DNA of 46,190 nt, taken from assembly GCA_024404975.1 (NCBI GenBank), contig JAKSPH010000002.1:1-46190 (forward strand), given 5' to 3'. The translations under genes and the position numbers were made by a program. Below, piece by piece: positions 45,775-46,190 of the stretch (positions are counted from its first letter, which is position 1; every line of letters begins with the position of its first letter). The DNA is from Clostridia bacterium (GTDB lineage: Bacteria; Bacillota; Clostridia; Oscillospirales; CAG-272). The notes below the pieces were generated by a model. The model was not told where the DNA came from. It worked only from the letters and a program-made list of their open reading frames with translations, and did no database searches.

Positions 45775-46190
45775 TTATGCTTTTCCGAACAGTCCGCGGA
45801 TGAGTTCCGTCATCGGTTCCCGCCATACGGTGAAGGCGAGAACGCCGAGTACGATGAGTGTGACAAGCACGATGCCCGCCACGACGCGTCCCATCGAAGA
45901 ACCCGTATCGTAACTGTCGTCCTGTGCGCGGTCGCAGAGAACGCGGATCTTGCGGTCGACTTCGGAAAGTTCACGCTTCGCCGATTTCACGTCTTTGCGG
46001 TTCTTGCGCTTGGCGTTGCCGGTCAGACCGAGGATGCGTTCCTTGTCCTTCGCCGTCTTTACGGTGGCGATGAGCGTACTCTTTCTGTCCATCAGGGACA
46101 GGATCCTGTGCTTGTCGTCTGCGGAAATGTAAAGCCCGCGGATCTTTGCGGCAAGTTTCATCTGTTGCTTGTAGGCGCGGTTCTTCTCCT
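45775..46190 (-). CDS. hypothetical membrane-anchored protein, possibly 5'-truncated by the window edge
   Basis: The listed ORF starts at 46161, but the frame stays open to the window end (EKNRAYKQQ-MKLAAK...). It has a charged helical region and then one C-terminal TM segment (VVAGIVLVTLIVLGVLAFTVW). Confidence 0.55.
   Translation of the reverse strand, partial: EKNRAYKQQMKLAAKIRGLYISADDKHRILSLMDRKSTLIATVKTAKDKERILGLTGNAKRKNRKDVKSAKRELSEVDRKIRVLCDRAQDDSYDTGSSMGRVVAGIVLVTLIVLGVLAFTVWREPMTELIRGLFGKA

Noticed and set aside
1-46190. CRISPR arrays, tRNA/rRNA genes, transposases, integrases, phage genes, toxin-antitoxin pairs and a reverse transcriptase (DGR) near the repeat lipoproteins.
   Set aside because: No direct-repeat/spacer arrays, no tRNA-like GGTTCGAATCC-type sequences, and no ORFs with recombinase or RT motifs were seen on either strand. 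The repeats present are in-frame coding repeats.

Overview
This 46.2-kb chromosomal window comes from a moderately GC-rich Gram-positive bacterium that looks like a Clostridia/Oscillospiraceae member. The supporting signs are a lipoprotein-type YidC, hprK, jag, ylxR/ylxQ in the nusA operon, a type III glutamine synthetase, and many TGnTATAAT extended -10 promoters. Most of the window is housekeeping. It holds the rpmH-rnpA-yidD-yidC-jag-mnmE cluster (without dnaA), hpt-mtaB-glyQS, recA-recX, miaA, rimP-nusA-ylxR-ylxQ-infB, hprK, and an FMN riboswitch controlling ribU. It also holds glycosidase, peptidase and acyl-CoA ligase genes, a glutamine synthetase and an ABC exporter. I found no rRNA, tRNA, CRISPR array, transposase or integrase. 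Two regions look accessory or poorly understood. (1) 36.6-39.7 kb encodes a Rad50/SbcC-like ABC ATPase with a predicted transmembrane hairpin where the zinc hook would be. It is preceded by a 236-aa protein made of a duplicated CxxC...CxxH module, and no nuclease partner is visible. (2) 11.9-16.0 kb carries two tandem paralogous lipoprotein genes built from Cys/His-rich ~40-aa repeats plus one or two copies of a ~250-aa beta-sandwich-like module. The larger gene contains a near-perfect 123-bp tandem duplication. Smaller oddities include an in-frame TGA splitting an operonic ORF, an RNHCP gene translationally coupled to mnmE, a ~0.3-kb orphan non-coding spacer, and structured leaders in the rimP and rpmH operons. 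All family assignments rest on motifs I recognise by eye; no database search was run.
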